Below, in pieces: positions 20,500-30,806 of a DNA stretch of 64,000 bases. Where the stretch lies: the NCBI GenBank assembly GCA_965213925.1, contig OZ243927.1, positions 256,001 to 320,000 of the forward strand, given 5' to 3'. The notes below the pieces were generated by a model. That model made no database searches. It saw only the letters and a program-made list of their open reading frames with translations, and had not been told where the DNA came from. The position numbers and the translations under genes were made by a program. How positions within the stretch are numbered: position 1 is the first letter of the stretch; each line of letters opens with the position of its first letter. The stretch is from Trueperaceae bacterium (GTDB lineage: Bacteria > Deinococcota > Deinococci > Deinococcales > Trueperaceae).

Positions 20500-21418
20500 C
20501 ACTCCACGCGACACCTCTTTAAGCGCGCAGCAATCCGCTGACATGCGCATTGACCAAAGCAAGCTGCGCCGCGACCTCTTCGTGCGCAAGCTCGGCAAAG
20601 TCGGGCTTTTCGTCACGCCCCTCGCCGCTTACTTTTTTCTGTGGGCTCCTATCGTCGTCTTAATCGTCTTTTCGTTTAACGACGCGCCCTCGGTCTCGGT
20701 CTGGCGCGGTTTCACGCTCAGGTGGTACGAGAATATCTTCGCGGCGGGCTCGGGCGAGGCGAGTTTTACGACGACGAAACTTCTGTCCTCGCTCGGCAAC
20801 TCGCTCATCGTGGCGTTTAGTGCGTCCCTTATCGCGACCGTCATCGGGACGATGCTGGCACTCGCCATTCACCGCGGCAACTTTCCAGGTAAGAACATTA
20901 TCGACGCGCTGCTCTACGTCCCCGTGGTCATCCCTGAAATTACACAGGGCGTGTCGCTCGCCATCTTCTTTAGCATCTTGTTCGACTATTTGCAAAATCT
21001 GACAGGCGGGGAGCGGCTCTCGCTCGGCTTTGGCACGATTATTATCGCGCACGTGGCGTTCAATATCTCGTACGTCGTTATCGTGGTGCGGGCGCGGCTA
21101 GCGACGATGAGTAGCAACTTGGAAGAAGCCGCCAATGACCTCGGTGCGAACAACGTTCAGACGTTCTGGCGTATCACCTTTCCGCTCCTTTTGCCCGGCA
21201 TCATGGCGGGTGCGCTGCTCGCGCTGACGCTCTCGCTAGACGACTACGTGGTGACCTTCTTTACCAAAGGCATCGGCGACGATACGCTGCCGATTTTCGT
21301 TTACGGGCTCCTCAAGCAACGCGTGTCGCCAGAAATCAACGCGATTTCGACCTTAATGATTTTGGTTTCGACGGTGCTGATTGGGATCTCTTTGGCGTTG
21401 CAGCGGGGGAACCAGTAG
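20492..21418 (+). CDS. potC: Spermidine/putrescine ABC transporter permease PotC
   Basis: FSFND, W.GFTLRWY, EEAANDLGA, LSLDDYVVT and SPEINAIST motifs; GTG start overlaps the potB end. Confidence 0.85.
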   Translation: MADTPRDTSLSAQQSADMRIDQSKLRRDLFVRKLGKVGLFVTPLAAYFFLWAPIVVLIVFSFNDAPSVSVWRGFTLRWYENIFAAGSGEASFTTTKLLSSLGNSLIVAFSASLIATVIGTMLALAIHRGNFPGKNIIDALLYVPVVIPEITQGVSLAIFFSILFDYLQNLTGGERLSLGFGTIIIAHVAFNISYVVIVVRARLATMSSNLEEAANDLGANNVQTFWRITFPLLLPGIMAGALLALTLSLDDYVVTFFTKGIGDDTLPIFVYGLLKQRVSPEINAISTLMILVSTVLIGISLALQRGNQ

Positions 21419-21602
21419 CGTAAAGCGATTCATGAATCGCTTTACGCAGCAGTTCTGCATGTGAATCAACATAAGAGGGCGCTGACGCAGGAGCAAGTTT
21501 GATACCCAATCTTCGCTGCATCAGGTCTGCTCGCTATTCACCACGAAATTGACCCTAGGCCTTCAGCGTGAAAAAAGATACGTTTTCCCTTAAACTGTCT
21601 CC

Positions 21603-22805
21603 ATGCGTAAATGGTGGCAACCTCCAACCCTGAGTAGAACAGACAGCGAGCGGCGGGCGGGCTGGCTCGAGCTGTTCTACGACCTCGTCTATATCGCAGC
21701 CGTCATCGAGTTGGGCTCGTATTTTCATGGCGAACTCACCCCACTCGGCACGCTGCGCTACGTTTTCCTCTTTCTCATCGTCTGGTGGTCGTGGTCGGGG
21801 ACAACGTACTTCGAGAACCGCTTTATCGCCGACGACGCCCTGCACCGCATCCTCATCTTTTTACAGATTTTCTTCGTCGGCAGTTTGGCGTCGAATATCC
21901 CACGCGCGTTCGGCGAGGGCGCGGCGATTTTTGCCTTTTCCTACGCGGCGCTCCGCATCATTCTCATCCTCATGTACGCGCGGGCGTACCGCGCCGTGCC
22001 GGACAGCCGGACGCTCATCCGCAACTACACCGCTGGCTTCTCGCTCGGGATTTTATGCTTCATCGTCTCGATGTTTGTGCCCGCGCCCTGGAACTACGCG
22101 CTTTGGGGTTTGGGCATCGGCGCGGAGGTTGTGGTGCACATGCTCTTCGGAACGCAGCGGCTCGAGCGCCACTTCCCCTTCAACCTCGCCCACCTGAGCG
22201 AACGCTACGCGCTCTTCATCATCATCGTCTTGGGCGACTCGTTCATTAAAGCCATCGGGCGCACCGCCGAAGAGGGCATCAGTCCCAACACGTATATTTT
22301 CGGCGCACTAGGCGTACTAATGACAGTGAGCTTGTGGTGGACGTACTTTGACGACGTGGCAGAAGCCGCCCTCCGTCAAGGTTACGCCTCGCTGACCTCT
22401 TGGGTCTACGCGCACTTCCCGCTCTCAGTCGCCATCGTCGGCTTCGGTGTGGCGGTGGAGGACGTGACGCAGCTCCAAGTCGGCGTACCGATGGAGCTAC
22501 CCCTCTTCTGGCTCCTCTACCTCTCGGTGGGCGGCTACCTCTTGGCGACCTCTTGGGTGGACGTCCTGACCGAGACGAGTACGCCGCAGCTCGGCTTGGA
22601 GCGCGTTTACATGCGCGTCTTTTCCGGTCTCGCGCTGGTCACCTTTGCGGTTCTCTACGCTTATTTAGGTTGGGAACTCTCCGCGCTCTGGACGGTTGGG
22701 CTGGTATCAGGTGTCTGCGCCGCGCAGATTATCTATGACCTCTCGCATAGCCGTGAAAAGAGCGAGGTGCACGCCGAGGTGCACGAGGCGCGAACAGGAG
22801 ATTGA
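21603..22805 (+). CDS. Low-temperature requirement A family membrane protein
   Basis: WLELFYDLVY, HLSERYALFIIIVLGD, WWTYFD and YAHFPL motifs. Confidence 0.9.
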   Translation: MRKWWQPPTLSRTDSERRAGWLELFYDLVYIAAVIELGSYFHGELTPLGTLRYVFLFLIVWWSWSGTTYFENRFIADDALHRILIFLQIFFVGSLASNIPRAFGEGAAIFAFSYAALRIILILMYARAYRAVPDSRTLIRNYTAGFSLGILCFIVSMFVPAPWNYALWGLGIGAEVVVHMLFGTQRLERHFPFNLAHLSERYALFIIIVLGDSFIKAIGRTAEEGISPNTYIFGALGVLMTVSLWWTYFDDVAEAALRQGYASLTSWVYAHFPLSVAIVGFGVAVEDVTQLQVGVPMELPLFWLLYLSVGGYLLATSWVDVLTETSTPQLGLERVYMRVFSGLALVTFAVLYAYLGWELSALWTVGLVSGVCAAQIIYDLSHSREKSEVHAEVHEARTGD

Positions 22806-22819
22806 CCTTACACAAAGAG

Positions 22820-22848
22820 AAAGGCGCGGCAAGGACCGCGCCTTTTTT
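22820..22848. terminator. Bidirectional intrinsic terminator
   Basis: AAAGGCGCGG-CAAGGA-CCGCGCCTTTTTT between convergent genes. Confidence 0.8.
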
Positions 22849-22867
22849 CGGTAAAGAGGTCAGCGCT

Positions 22868-23359
22868 TTACGCCCGCGCCTCCTGATTGATGGAGGTTTC
22901 CGCAAGCTGCGAGAGTTTGTTGTCCGTTGACTCCTCTTGCTGTTCGATTTCTTCCAAGATGCTCTGCACCTCGTCTAGGTTGAGTTGGCGTGCGTACGTC
23001 ACCGAGGAACCGTAGCCCGCCATGCCGTAGTGCTGCATCCGCTGGACGGCGGCGACGATGGTGGCGTCTAAGGCTGCGCCTTGCTCGTGCTCGCTGACGT
23101 GCTCCTTGCCCTCTTTGATGAGCCCTTCCATGCCGTGGCAGAACTCACCCTCCAAGGAAAAGTCCATAATTTGGCTTATACGCTCCAACTTCTCTAACTG
23201 CTGCTTCGTCTCCTCCACGTGCTGATTCAAAGCGTCTTGAAGCTGCGGCGACTCGCTCGCGTTGGCAAGCTCGGGTAGCGCGTTCACTGCCTGGTTGCCT
23301 GCGCTATAAAGGTCCTTGAGTTGATGTTTGAGTACGTCTTCTAAGGTTTGTAGTGCCAT
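22868..23359 (-). CDS. Ferritin-like DUF892 (YciE/YciF) protein
   Basis: LKDLYSA, HVEETKQQ, CHGMEGLIKEG and AVQRMQHY..AGYG; start at MALQTLED after an AAAGGGG RBS. Confidence 0.88.
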   Translation of the reverse strand: MALQTLEDVLKHQLKDLYSAGNQAVNALPELANASESPQLQDALNQHVEETKQQLEKLERISQIMDFSLEGEFCHGMEGLIKEGKEHVSEHEQGAALDATIVAAVQRMQHYGMAGYGSSVTYARQLNLDEVQSILEEIEQQEESTDNKLSQLAETSINQEARA

Positions 23360-23434
23360 GTTTTGCCCCTTTCGTTGATCCTTTTGAAGCATAAAACAGA
23401 GGCGCAAACAAGACCGTAGACTATGCCAAAATTC

Positions 23435-24325
23435 TTACGCTTTGCTCCAGAGAGGGGCGTTGTCTTGCATCTCGAGCCTCACCCTCCCGAGGTTCCTTAA
23501 ATGCGACAGATACGCCATTACCGTGCAGAGGTTGAGGTAGTAGCGCGGCAAGTCAGTCATCGTGATGTGAAGTTCTTTACATGTGCGTTTGAGGACGGTG
23601 GCGGTACCTACGCCCGTACAGACCTCTTCAATAACATCCGCCGCCCTTTGAAACGTTTCTACATTCTTCTGAACGAGTTCGTCGACCTCTTCGGTGGGTT
23701 CGCCATGACCGGGCAGGATAACCCGAGCACCTAACGTCGCCATCTTTTCGGCGCTCGCAATCTGCCTCACGATGTCTTGACCAAAAGGGAGCGGATATTT
23801 CTCTAACGCCTTTTCGCCGAACACCGCGTCCGCCGCGAAGAGCACGTCATCTACCTTGACGGCGTAATGTGTATGCGCGTGACCGGAGGATTCGATAACG
23901 TCTAAGGTGAGCCCGGCAAGCTCTAATCTCCCCGGTTCCAAGAGGTGATTGACGGGTGAAGGCTTCGCCAACAACCACTTCGAGGTGAGTTCTCTAGGTG
24001 GTTTCGCCCCGCCAAAGAGGTAGACGGGCTCTAAGTAGGGGCTCTGCATGATGCTCGCCTCGAAAGGTGGGGCGTAAACGGGCAAATTCAGATTTCTGAC
24101 GAGATAGTCGTTACCGCCGTAGTGGTCGGCGTGCGAGTGCGTGTTGACGATGGCGATAGGCGTAATATTCAGCGAATCACACGCCTTGCGGATGCGCCGC
24201 CCGGCGTCCTTATCGCCGCCTGTATCTACAAGAACGGCTCTCTTATCCTCCCCGACGAGAATCGCGGAGTTGACACCACCGGGGAGGTAGAAGACGCTCT
24301 CGCTGAGTTGGATGGGGTTGGACAT
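23435..24325 (-). CDS. MBL-fold metallo-hydrolase
   Basis: VDTG, THSHADHYGG and PGHG motifs; leaderless TATATT-N6-ATG. Confidence 0.9.
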   Translation of the reverse strand: MSNPIQLSESVFYLPGGVNSAILVGEDKRAVLVDTGGDKDAGRRIRKACDSLNITPIAIVNTHSHADHYGGNDYLVRNLNLPVYAPPFEASIMQSPYLEPVYLFGGAKPPRELTSKWLLAKPSPVNHLLEPGRLELAGLTLDVIESSGHAHTHYAVKVDDVLFAADAVFGEKALEKYPLPFGQDIVRQIASAEKMATLGARVILPGHGEPTEEVDELVQKNVETFQRAADVIEEVCTGVGTATVLKRTCKELHITMTDLPRYYLNLCTVMAYLSHLRNLGRVRLEMQDNAPLWSKA

Positions 24326-24701
24326 GCTCTCAATATACAAGCAGGGCGGCTAGCGGCTAGCGGGAACGCGCCACGCGTGACAGCGCGCGCTTTTCCGCGC
24401 GACTTCACGCCGTTATCGGCACGCTGGCTCTATGACCAGATATAGTCGCGTGGTCCCGCTAGACCTGCTGAAGGCTTCCTAAAGAACAGACTTCATTGCT
24501 TCTAAGTTGATCAGCTCCGGCTTGTGCCGGGCGTGCCCACACTAAAGCAGGCGGGCTCTTACAAAATTCTGACACCTTTCTTCGTTCAGGGTACCTAATG
24601 AACTGAGAAAGACCGTACGTCGAGAGCTGACTTTGTAGGCATATCCGTATGAACTTCCGGAGTCCCCTCAAGGCACCAGGGTTGACGTGATAGCCTAATT
24701 T

Positions 24702-26246
24702 GTGCCGCAAACCTTTCCCTTCAAAACCTACCGCCGGGGTCAGCGCGAGGCGATTGCGCAGGCTAAGGACGCTTTCGGGCGCGGCAAACGCTTTGTCGTG
24801 ATCGAAGCGCCGACGGGCTCGGGTAAGTCCGCCATTGCCGTAACGCTCGCCCGTGAAGCGCAAAGCGCCTACGTTCTCACCGCGCAAAAACTTTTGCAAG
24901 AGCAGTACGTCCGCGACTTTCCCGATATGGCGCTCATGAAAGGGCGCAGCAACTACCCGTGTTTGGTCGCCCCGACCCACGCCGCCGCTGCGCCGTGCAT
25001 CGCTGGGCGCAAATTTCCCGAGTGCGACGACTGCCCCTACTTCGCGGCGAAAGACGTGGCGATTGCCGCGGATAACGCCATCATGAACTATGCGTATTAC
25101 CTAGCAGAACTCAACTACTCCGGCGGCTTCGGACCTCGCGATCTGCTCGTTTTAGACGAGGCTCATAACGCCGAAGCTGCCCTGATGGGCTTTATTCAGG
25201 TGACGCTCTCGGACGTGGCTTTGCGGCGCGTCGGCATCGCCGAAACGATCCCGAGCGCCTTTGACGACTTGGAGTTTTTCGACTTCGCCGAAGACGTGAT
25301 GCCCCTCTTAAAAGGTCGGAGCAAAACCCTGGACTCAGAACTCAAAAAGAATCAGCTACCCGCGGACGTTGCTTTAGAGCAGATGCAGCATAAGCAGTGG
25401 CTGGACAATCAGTTGGGGCGGCTGCGGCTCCTGACGGACTCGCGCGCCGACAACGATGTGGAGTGGGTCGTCGAACAGAAACGCGGCAGCGAAGGGCAGA
25501 GCGTCACCTTTAAGCCCGTGAAAGTCTCCGCGTTTGCCGAGCCCCTGCTCTTCGGCTTCGGCGAGCGCATCTTGATGCTCTCCGCCACCATCCTCGACCC
25601 GCCTACCTACTTGCGCAGCTTAGGTATCGCCCCGGAAGAGGCAGAAGTGATCGCGGTCAAGTCCGACTTTCCTCCCCAGAACCGCCCGATCTACCCTAAA
25701 CCCGTCGCCAAGCTGACGCGGCATCATTTGGAGCGCGACCTGCCCAAGCTCGTCGCTGAGATCGCCGACCTCCTAGAGTCTCATCCTTACGATAAGGGCG
25801 TCATCCACGCGCACACCTACAAGATTGCCGCCACCATCGCCCGCAGCCTGCCCAAACGCCACCAGAAACGCCTCGTCACCCACTACGGCGCGGACGGGCG
25901 CGACGCGGCGTTAGAGCAGCACCTGCGCAGCCGCGAGCCCACCGTCCTCCTGACGCCTAGCATGACCGAAGGCATCGACCTAGCGGGCGACCTCTCTCGC
26001 TGGCAAGTCATCTGCAAGCTGCCCTATCCGTACCTGGGCGACCCGCAGATCGCGCGGCGCAAGGCGCTGGACGCGGCTTGGTACGAGTGGCGCACCTGCT
26101 TGACCGTCGTGCAAGCCTACGGGCGGAGCGTGCGGAGCGCCGACGACTTTGCGGTGACGTACGTTTTAGACGCTGACTTCCCTAGTTTTGTAAAGCGGCA
26201 GAGGAAGAGGTTGCCGGGGTGGTTTTTGGAGGCGGTGCAAGATTAG
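24702..26246 (+). CDS. DinG/XPD(Rad3)-like ATP-dependent DNA helicase
   Basis: EAPTGSGKS, KGRSNYPC with further Cys (Fe-S type), DEAH, MLSAT, EGIDL, KLPYP and QAYGRSVRSADD motifs. Confidence 0.88.
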   Translation: MPQTFPFKTYRRGQREAIAQAKDAFGRGKRFVVIEAPTGSGKSAIAVTLAREAQSAYVLTAQKLLQEQYVRDFPDMALMKGRSNYPCLVAPTHAAAAPCIAGRKFPECDDCPYFAAKDVAIAADNAIMNYAYYLAELNYSGGFGPRDLLVLDEAHNAEAALMGFIQVTLSDVALRRVGIAETIPSAFDDLEFFDFAEDVMPLLKGRSKTLDSELKKNQLPADVALEQMQHKQWLDNQLGRLRLLTDSRADNDVEWVVEQKRGSEGQSVTFKPVKVSAFAEPLLFGFGERILMLSATILDPPTYLRSLGIAPEEAEVIAVKSDFPPQNRPIYPKPVAKLTRHHLERDLPKLVAEIADLLESHPYDKGVIHAHTYKIAATIARSLPKRHQKRLVTHYGADGRDAALEQHLRSREPTVLLTPSMTEGIDLAGDLSRWQVICKLPYPYLGDPQIARRKALDAAWYEWRTCLTVVQAYGRSVRSADDFAVTYVLDADFPSFVKRQRKRLPGWFLEAVQD

Positions 26247-26271
26247 AGGGCGTCCGCTCGAGACATCTCTA

Positions 26272-26575
26272 ATACGAATTCCGATTGATTGCTGCATAAA
26301 CTCCGTTATGAAATTTTGCTTTCAGCAAACGCTTCGTGCTTCGCTATCGTCGGAGTTTCTTCCGTCTCCTTCGGAGGTACTTCGTGAAGCTCATCGGAGT
26401 CCGTATCTTTTTCTACTCACTGAAGAGTCTTCAACCGGAGGTAGCGTTATGGGCAGGCCGCCCTGCCGTTGCATCTTCAGATAAACGCTACGGGTGTTGA
26501 CAACGGCATGATACGCCCGGTTGAAGACTCTTTACTCGGGGTAATTCCCATAGGAATTACCCGGAAACGGTATCA
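26272..26575 (+). repeat. Family B repeat carrying a nested element with 16-bp inverted ends
   Basis: Ends match 4782-4906 and 38331-38491; internal AAGAGTCTTCAACCGG (26423-26438) and CCGGTTGAAGACTCTT (26517-26532). Confidence 0.75.
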
Positions 26576-26670
26576 TTCCTGTAGGAATGACCCCGAACCC
26601 GTACAAGAGGGTTGTAAAGGGGATTGTCAAGGTAGCTGAGCGATGAAACTGCTTTCCTGGTCGTCGTCTC

Positions 26671-29600
26671 TCAAACACGTCGGCTTGTGTCCTTTACGTC
26701 TTCACTTAGCGCGTAAGCGACAGCCCCTTCTAGCCCAAGCTGCAGACCTTCTTTCCAGATCGCAGGGAAGGCGTCACCGAGTTTGTGGCGCGCGTGCTCG
26801 ATGGTGCGTTGAACGTCGTCTTTTCGGTAGGGCTCGAGCGGCGCACCGACAGATTCACGGATGGTGCGAGCGGCGGCAAAGAGCCTAACACTGCGCGTAA
26901 ACATCGTTTCTAAAGCCAACAGGGTCGCGTATTCTTCTAGCGTCTCTGCAATTCCGCGTCTATCTTGTATGTCGAGAGATAGCGCTAAGCATTCGTGGAA
27001 GAACGTCCGGGCTTTAGCATAGTCACCTTCCTTCGTTGCGCTAAAGCCCAGGTTGTGAAGTGAATCAGCCATCCCACCCTTGTCTCCGATTTCTCGGTGG
27101 AGCGACAAGCATCGGGTGAATGTTTCTAAGGCGTGAGTGTAGCGACCCTGATGCGCGGCAATCAACCCCAGGTTGTGAAGTGAGCCGGTGATCCCAGCTC
27201 TGTCCCCGACTTCACGCCGCAACGTCAAACTCTCTTCATAAAATGTACGCGCTTCTCCGTCGTCGCCCTGATAAAGCGCAGTATTGCCCAGACTGTTGAG
27301 TAGGGCTGCGACCCCGCGCTTATCGCCGATATCTCGTCGCAGCGTCAAACTTTCGTGAAAAAACGTTTGGGCTTCAAAGTAATCGCCTTGGGCGGCGGAG
27401 ACGTCACCGAGATAAGAGAGCGCACTCGCGACCCCGCGCCTATCGCCCATCTTGCGTAGCAGTGACAAGCATTCTCCCAGCAACGTTCGCGCTCTGGGAT
27501 AGTCCCCACGGGCGTACGCAAGGTTGCTCAAGCTGAGGAGCGGATACGCCATCGCGGCCTCGTCACCCACCTCTCGCTTCAAAGCGACACTCTCGGTAAA
27601 GAAGCGATGCGCCTCGGAATGACGCGCCTGTTCATGCGCGATAAGACCCAGATTGTTGAGTGAGTCAGCCATCCCACTTTTATCACCGACGGCTCGCCTG
27701 AGTGCCAAACTCTCGTTGTGGAACTCCAGTGCTTTGGGATATTCACCCTGGTTGTAGGCAACCAGACCCATATTGTTGAGTGAAAGCGCCATCCCCGTCT
27801 TGTCACCCAATTTTCTGTGGAGCACGAGGCTTTCTTCAAGGTCGACCTGGGCTTCAGAGACGTCACCTTGAAGGTCTGCTAGACGACCCTTTCTGCTCAG
27901 GATTTTCGCTCTCAGATGGAGATGTCCAGCATGAGGATGGCTGAGTAGTTTTTCGTACCAAGCTCGCCCCAACTGATAATGACTCCGAATCTCCCAGAAT
28001 ACGCCCAACGATGCGGCTAACTTTAAGCCTAATTCGGCGTCGTGCTCGAGCGACCACGCGAGCGCGTTCTGAAGGTTCGCGTGTTCCTCTTCCAGGCGTG
28101 CCAACCACGACGCTTGCTCGCCACGTTCTACGTAGGGCTCAGCTTCTTCCGCAAGCTCGAGATAATAGTTGGCGTAACGTACCCTCGTGCCCGCGTAGTC
28201 TTCCCGCAAAGCTATAAATTTCTCGTGGGTGAACTGATGGAGTAGGTCGTGCCGGTCATAGCGTCCATTAGGACGTACACGCAAGAGCGATTTGTCCGCT
28301 AAAGAAGCCAAGATAGGTAGGGTTGCTCCTGCCACACTCTGCGCAGCCTCACGCCTAAAGCCGCCGCGAAAGACGGCCAACTTAGCGAGCGCCCTTCTCT
28401 CCCTATCTGAAAGCAGCCGCCACGAATGTTCGAACGTCGCCCGTAGACTTTGGTGCCGTCCAGTCGCGTTCCGAGCCGACGACGCTAAGAAGTCGAGGTT
28501 TCGCGCCACCTCCGAGCGGATGTCGGCAAGCGGCATAAGGCGCACCCACGCTGCAGCGAGTTCAATCCCTAGCGGCGACCCTTCTAGCAGCTTGCAGAGT
28601 TTAAGCGCCTCGGGTAGCTCGGGCTCTAGGTGGAAATCCAGCCGCGCTTTCTTGGCGCGTTGCGCCAGAAGCTGCACGGCGTCGCTGGCTAGAGCGTCTT
28701 CATCGCCCGCGCTCTCATCCGGTGAGGATAACCCCTCGAGTGTGAGGACATGCTCCTCGGTGAGGTTGAGGCGCTCGCGGGAGGTGACCAAAATTTTCGC
28801 GTCGGAACAAGCGCGGCAGAGTTCTGAGACGAGCGTCGCCCCCTCCAAGAGCTGCTCGAAATTGTCGAGGACTAACAAGACGCGCTTGTCACCGAGATAC
28901 GACCCAATCTGCTCCAAGGCGTCACGCTTCCCCTCGAGCGTTAGCTCGAGCGTCGCAGCGATGCTTACAGGTATCTGTTCTGAAGAGGTCAGCGTGTCTA
29001 GCGGGACGAAGAACACCCCCTCTCGAAAGGAACCGACCTGCATCTGGTCCCAGGCGATTTGAATCGCCAAGCGAGATTTTCCCACCCCACCGGGACCGTG
29101 AAGGGTAAGGATGCGGCAGTGCGGCTCGCGCAGCAGCTTAGCGACCTCGCCGCGCTCATGGTCGCGCCCTACGAACGAACTAGCCTGGGCAGGGAGCGTA
29201 TAGACGGGCGAGGTTTCCCGGGGTCGCTGAACCGGACCCGCCCGCGTTTCAGGCGCTTCGACCTGAATCCCGTACCCTTCCGCCTCCGCTTTGACCGCAG
29301 CAGCTTTCGGACTTTTACCGCGCTTGAGCAATGCGTAGATGCGCGGATAGTCCTCGAGCGCCAACTCCGGCGCACCCGCTAAACTTAGTGCTCGTTCAGC
29401 CTGCCGCGCTGCGCAGGGCGCGTCTCCTTGGGCTAGCCGACGCTCACTCAGCGCGAGGTGAGCCTCTCTCACCCGCGCCGCTAAGTATTCGCGAACCGTG
29501 AAAACCCATCCCTCTAGTTCTTCACCCAAAATCAGGTCGAGACCCTCTAAGAACGGTCCTCGGTAGCGCAGCAAGACAGCTTCTGGCGGCTCGCTCTCGA

Positions 29601-29868
29601 GAACGCGCAACAGTTCATTCGTGTCACAAGCGACGCGGGCGGCAATTTTATCTCCGCTGACAATCACGACATTTTCCAGCCGCCTAAGTCGCCTGAGGGT
29701 TGTAGACAGGGCGTCTCGCGGGTCCTGCGCGTCTGCGAAAAAAAGCTCTGCTAATACCCGCCTGGACTGCGCACCTTCGACGGCGAGGTAGCAAAGCAGC
29801 AGGAGAGGTTTGGACCGGGCAAAATCGCTCCCTTCCAAGTGTAGTCCTCCCAACGTTACGAGCCGCAC
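26671..29868 (-). CDS. AfsR/SARP-like STAND regulator: winged-helix/BTAD-like, NB-ARC ATPase and TPR array
   Basis: LLLLCYLAVEG..SR..LAELF, YRGPFLEG, GPGGVGKSRLA, LVLDNFEQ and LVTSRE motifs plus repeated GDK.G.A.SL.NLG TPRs; start GTG 29868 after TACAAT-N6. Confidence 0.88.
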   Translation of the reverse strand: MRLVTLGGLHLEGSDFARSKPLLLLCYLAVEGAQSRRVLAELFFADAQDPRDALSTTLRRLRRLENVVIVSGDKIAARVACDTNELLRVLESEPPEAVLLRYRGPFLEGLDLILGEELEGWVFTVREYLAARVREAHLALSERRLAQGDAPCAARQAERALSLAGAPELALEDYPRIYALLKRGKSPKAAAVKAEAEGYGIQVEAPETRAGPVQRPRETSPVYTLPAQASSFVGRDHERGEVAKLLREPHCRILTLHGPGGVGKSRLAIQIAWDQMQVGSFREGVFFVPLDTLTSSEQIPVSIAATLELTLEGKRDALEQIGSYLGDKRVLLVLDNFEQLLEGATLVSELCRACSDAKILVTSRERLNLTEEHVLTLEGLSSPDESAGDEDALASDAVQLLAQRAKKARLDFHLEPELPEALKLCKLLEGSPLGIELAAAWVRLMPLADIRSEVARNLDFLASSARNATGRHQSLRATFEHSWRLLSDRERRALAKLAVFRGGFRREAAQSVAGATLPILASLADKSLLRVRPNGRYDRHDLLHQFTHEKFIALREDYAGTRVRYANYYLELAEEAEPYVERGEQASWLARLEEEHANLQNALAWSLEHDAELGLKLAASLGVFWEIRSHYQLGRAWYEKLLSHPHAGHLHLRAKILSRKGRLADLQGDVSEAQVDLEESLVLHRKLGDKTGMALSLNNMGLVAYNQGEYPKALEFHNESLALRRAVGDKSGMADSLNNLGLIAHEQARHSEAHRFFTESVALKREVGDEAAMAYPLLSLSNLAYARGDYPRARTLLGECLSLLRKMGDRRGVASALSYLGDVSAAQGDYFEAQTFFHESLTLRRDIGDKRGVAALLNSLGNTALYQGDDGEARTFYEESLTLRREVGDRAGITGSLHNLGLIAAHQGRYTHALETFTRCLSLHREIGDKGGMADSLHNLGFSATKEGDYAKARTFFHECLALSLDIQDRRGIAETLEEYATLLALETMFTRSVRLFAAARTIRESVGAPLEPYRKDDVQRTIEHARHKLGDAFPAIWKEGLQLGLEGAVAYALSEDVKDTSRRV

Positions 29869-30341
29869 CGCTCTATTGTAGAGCATCCCTACACATCTCT
29901 CATCCACCTTCGGTTTCGTCACGCAGTCTTAGACGTGTCTTGGACGGACGGCGGACGGATACGCTGTTGCATTCTAGGCGTAGCGTCGTAGTTCACCAAA
30001 GGATGGAGAGATACATCATGAGCGCGTAGCCCACGGACAGAGGCTCGAGGTTAGAGCGAATAACCGAATTCGTACAGGTTGGCAAAGTCAGATCAAGGAG
30101 CGCCGTTTTCGCTAACCGACTAGGCTCGGTCAGACACTGTTCAGGCTCGCTTTCCTATATTTGGAAGAGGTCAACCGCCCGCCCACGAAAAAGGACACAA
30201 CAGTCACTCGGTCTAAACCATTCCTTCTGTGAGGAGAAGGCAGTATGCAGTGACGTTTTGGCATTGTGTAGCGCGTGTTCGCAGCTGGCATGAACTTAAA
30301 AGATTGCTCTCACAAGAGCTTTATCCTGAAAGGAGCAGATC

Positions 30342-30806
30342 GTGAAACAGGTTTTCAAGTCCCTCATTGGTTTCACACTCGTACTTAGCGTGCTAGGTCT
30401 CTTCGCACAAGCACAGGAGCCTATCTTCACTCTTTCGAGCGACGTCGTTTGGGGTGAGTGTCCCCCCTCGCTACCTGCGGGCTGTCAGTTTGTAGTCATC
30501 GCAGGCGACCCGAGTGAAGGACCCTTTGTCTTCCGGCTCAAAGTTCCGAGCGGATGGGAGTCTCCGGCTCACACGCATCCGGTGACAGCTAACGTTACTG
30601 TCATTTCCGGAACGTTCAACATGGGATTAGGAGAGATTTTAGACCGCGCTCAAGCAACAGCTTTGTCAGCCGGGAACTATCACTTGCTGCCTGTAGGCAC
30701 ACCCCACTTCGCATGGGCAAGCGAGGAAACAGTGGTTCAAGTTCATAGTGACGGTGCTTGGGGTATCGCTTACGTTGATCCGGCTGAAGACCCGAGGAAT
30801 CAGTAA
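30342..30806 (+). CDS. Secreted cupin (DUF4437-like)
   Basis: Signal peptide ending AQA; GDPS.GPF.FRLK.P, PAHTHP and PHFAW motifs. Confidence 0.82.
   Translation: MKQVFKSLIGFTLVLSVLGLFAQAQEPIFTLSSDVVWGECPPSLPAGCQFVVIAGDPSEGPFVFRLKVPSGWESPAHTHPVTANVTVISGTFNMGLGEILDRAQATALSAGNYHLLPVGTPHFAWASEETVVQVHSDGAWGIAYVDPAEDPRNQ

Noticed and set aside
26441..26510. HDV-like or hammerhead ribozyme, or fluoride riboswitch
   Set aside because: No P4 or catalytic-C junction for HDV; the minus-strand CTGAAGA lacks a following GAAA core; the fluoride consensus is not met.
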